A DNA stretch of 64,000 nucleotides from Azolla caroliniana (taxonomy: Eukaryota > Plantae > Polypodiophyta): assembly GCA_043228905.1 (NCBI GenBank), contig JBHGNT010000001.1, forward strand, positions 17,794,001-17,858,000. The letters run 5' to 3'. The number at the start of each line of letters is the position of its first letter. Position 1 is the stretch's first letter. The translations under genes were made by a program, and so were the position numbers. The notes beneath the pieces are model-generated. The model was not told the origin of the DNA. It did not search any database and was given only the letters and a program-made list of their open reading frames with translations. Below, one piece after another: positions 63,601 through 64,000 of this stretch.

Positions 63601-64000
63601 ATTATTAAGTTCAAATGTGATTGAGTGATTAACCCAATCAATGGACAAAGAAGGGTTTTATTAAAAAACCAAGGGTATCCTACAATGACATCTGCGGATT
63701 GTAGTTTCATAACATGAAAGTCAAGGTTCTCCAAATAAGTATCTATTTGAATTGACAGTTGACAAACAATGCCACTGATGTATTGAACACTTCCATTTGC
63801 CATGTGAACTTGATAGATATGATCACCTGCGTTTCTGTGGAGTTCCATTTGCTGCACAAAGTGATCATTAAGAAAATAGTGAGAACTACCGGAATCAAAC
63901 TAGAAATGTGCTTGTATTCCATTGATATACCCGACTGCTCAGAGTAAATCATTAGGTCCAAGTAAATATGAAGGAAAAGTGCATTCACATGAACTTAAGT
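60692..64000 (-). pseudogene. F2 pol: protease, RT, duplicated RNase H, integrase
   Basis: FDSGSSH (PR); [30 protein letters not shown] and VFLDDILIYS (RT); ETDASDYAIG (RH, twice); CHDAPFASHPG and LPMLEFAYNSS (INT). Confidence 0.93.
61931..62470 (-). repeat. 270-bp in-frame tandem duplication of the RNase H domain
   Basis: FKEHVCQAPTLLLPDPSKPFSIETDA...VVRTNHQS (90 aa) occurs twice. Confidence 0.95.

Larger units (their letters stand above)
52837..64000 (-). mobile_element. Chromovirus-family Gypsy 'F2' (same family as F1), runs off the window; contains nested insertions
   Basis: 3' LTR 52837-53309 is the rc of the F1 LTR. PPT rc GAAGTAGGGGAGTA. Chromodomain remnant adjacent; pol at 60692-64000. 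Confidence 0.85.

Overview
Eukaryotic, transposon-saturated heterochromatin with no host gene detected; the element types suggest a plant, probably a non-seed plant (inference). The window is a stack of nested retroelements: two Copia elements with LTR pairs and 5-bp TSDs (253-11256; 42739-48523), three Gypsy elements with 4-bp TSDs and tRNA-Ala or tRNA-Trp PBSs (1036-4467; 11491-16278; 54145-59964), two copies of one chromovirus in opposite orientation (50144-52836; 52837 to beyond 64000), Tat/Athila-like remnants, and an L1 LINE. The standout is a 9.2-kb TIR DNA transposon (about 18313-27537). It carries a roughly 928-codon DDE-type transposase and, divergently, a spliced cargo gene invisible as a single ORF. 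Its exons join into a ParB/Srx-like domain fused to a prokaryote-type beta-class N6-adenine/N4-cytosine DNA methyltransferase (DIPY, W.K.N, NPYQKP, GD.ILDLFCGT-GTT). Its first intron holds 11 near-perfect palindromes at 51-bp spacing. Both genes in this copy are inactivated, mostly by C>T/G>A changes. All identifications come from reading motifs by eye; no database searches were run.
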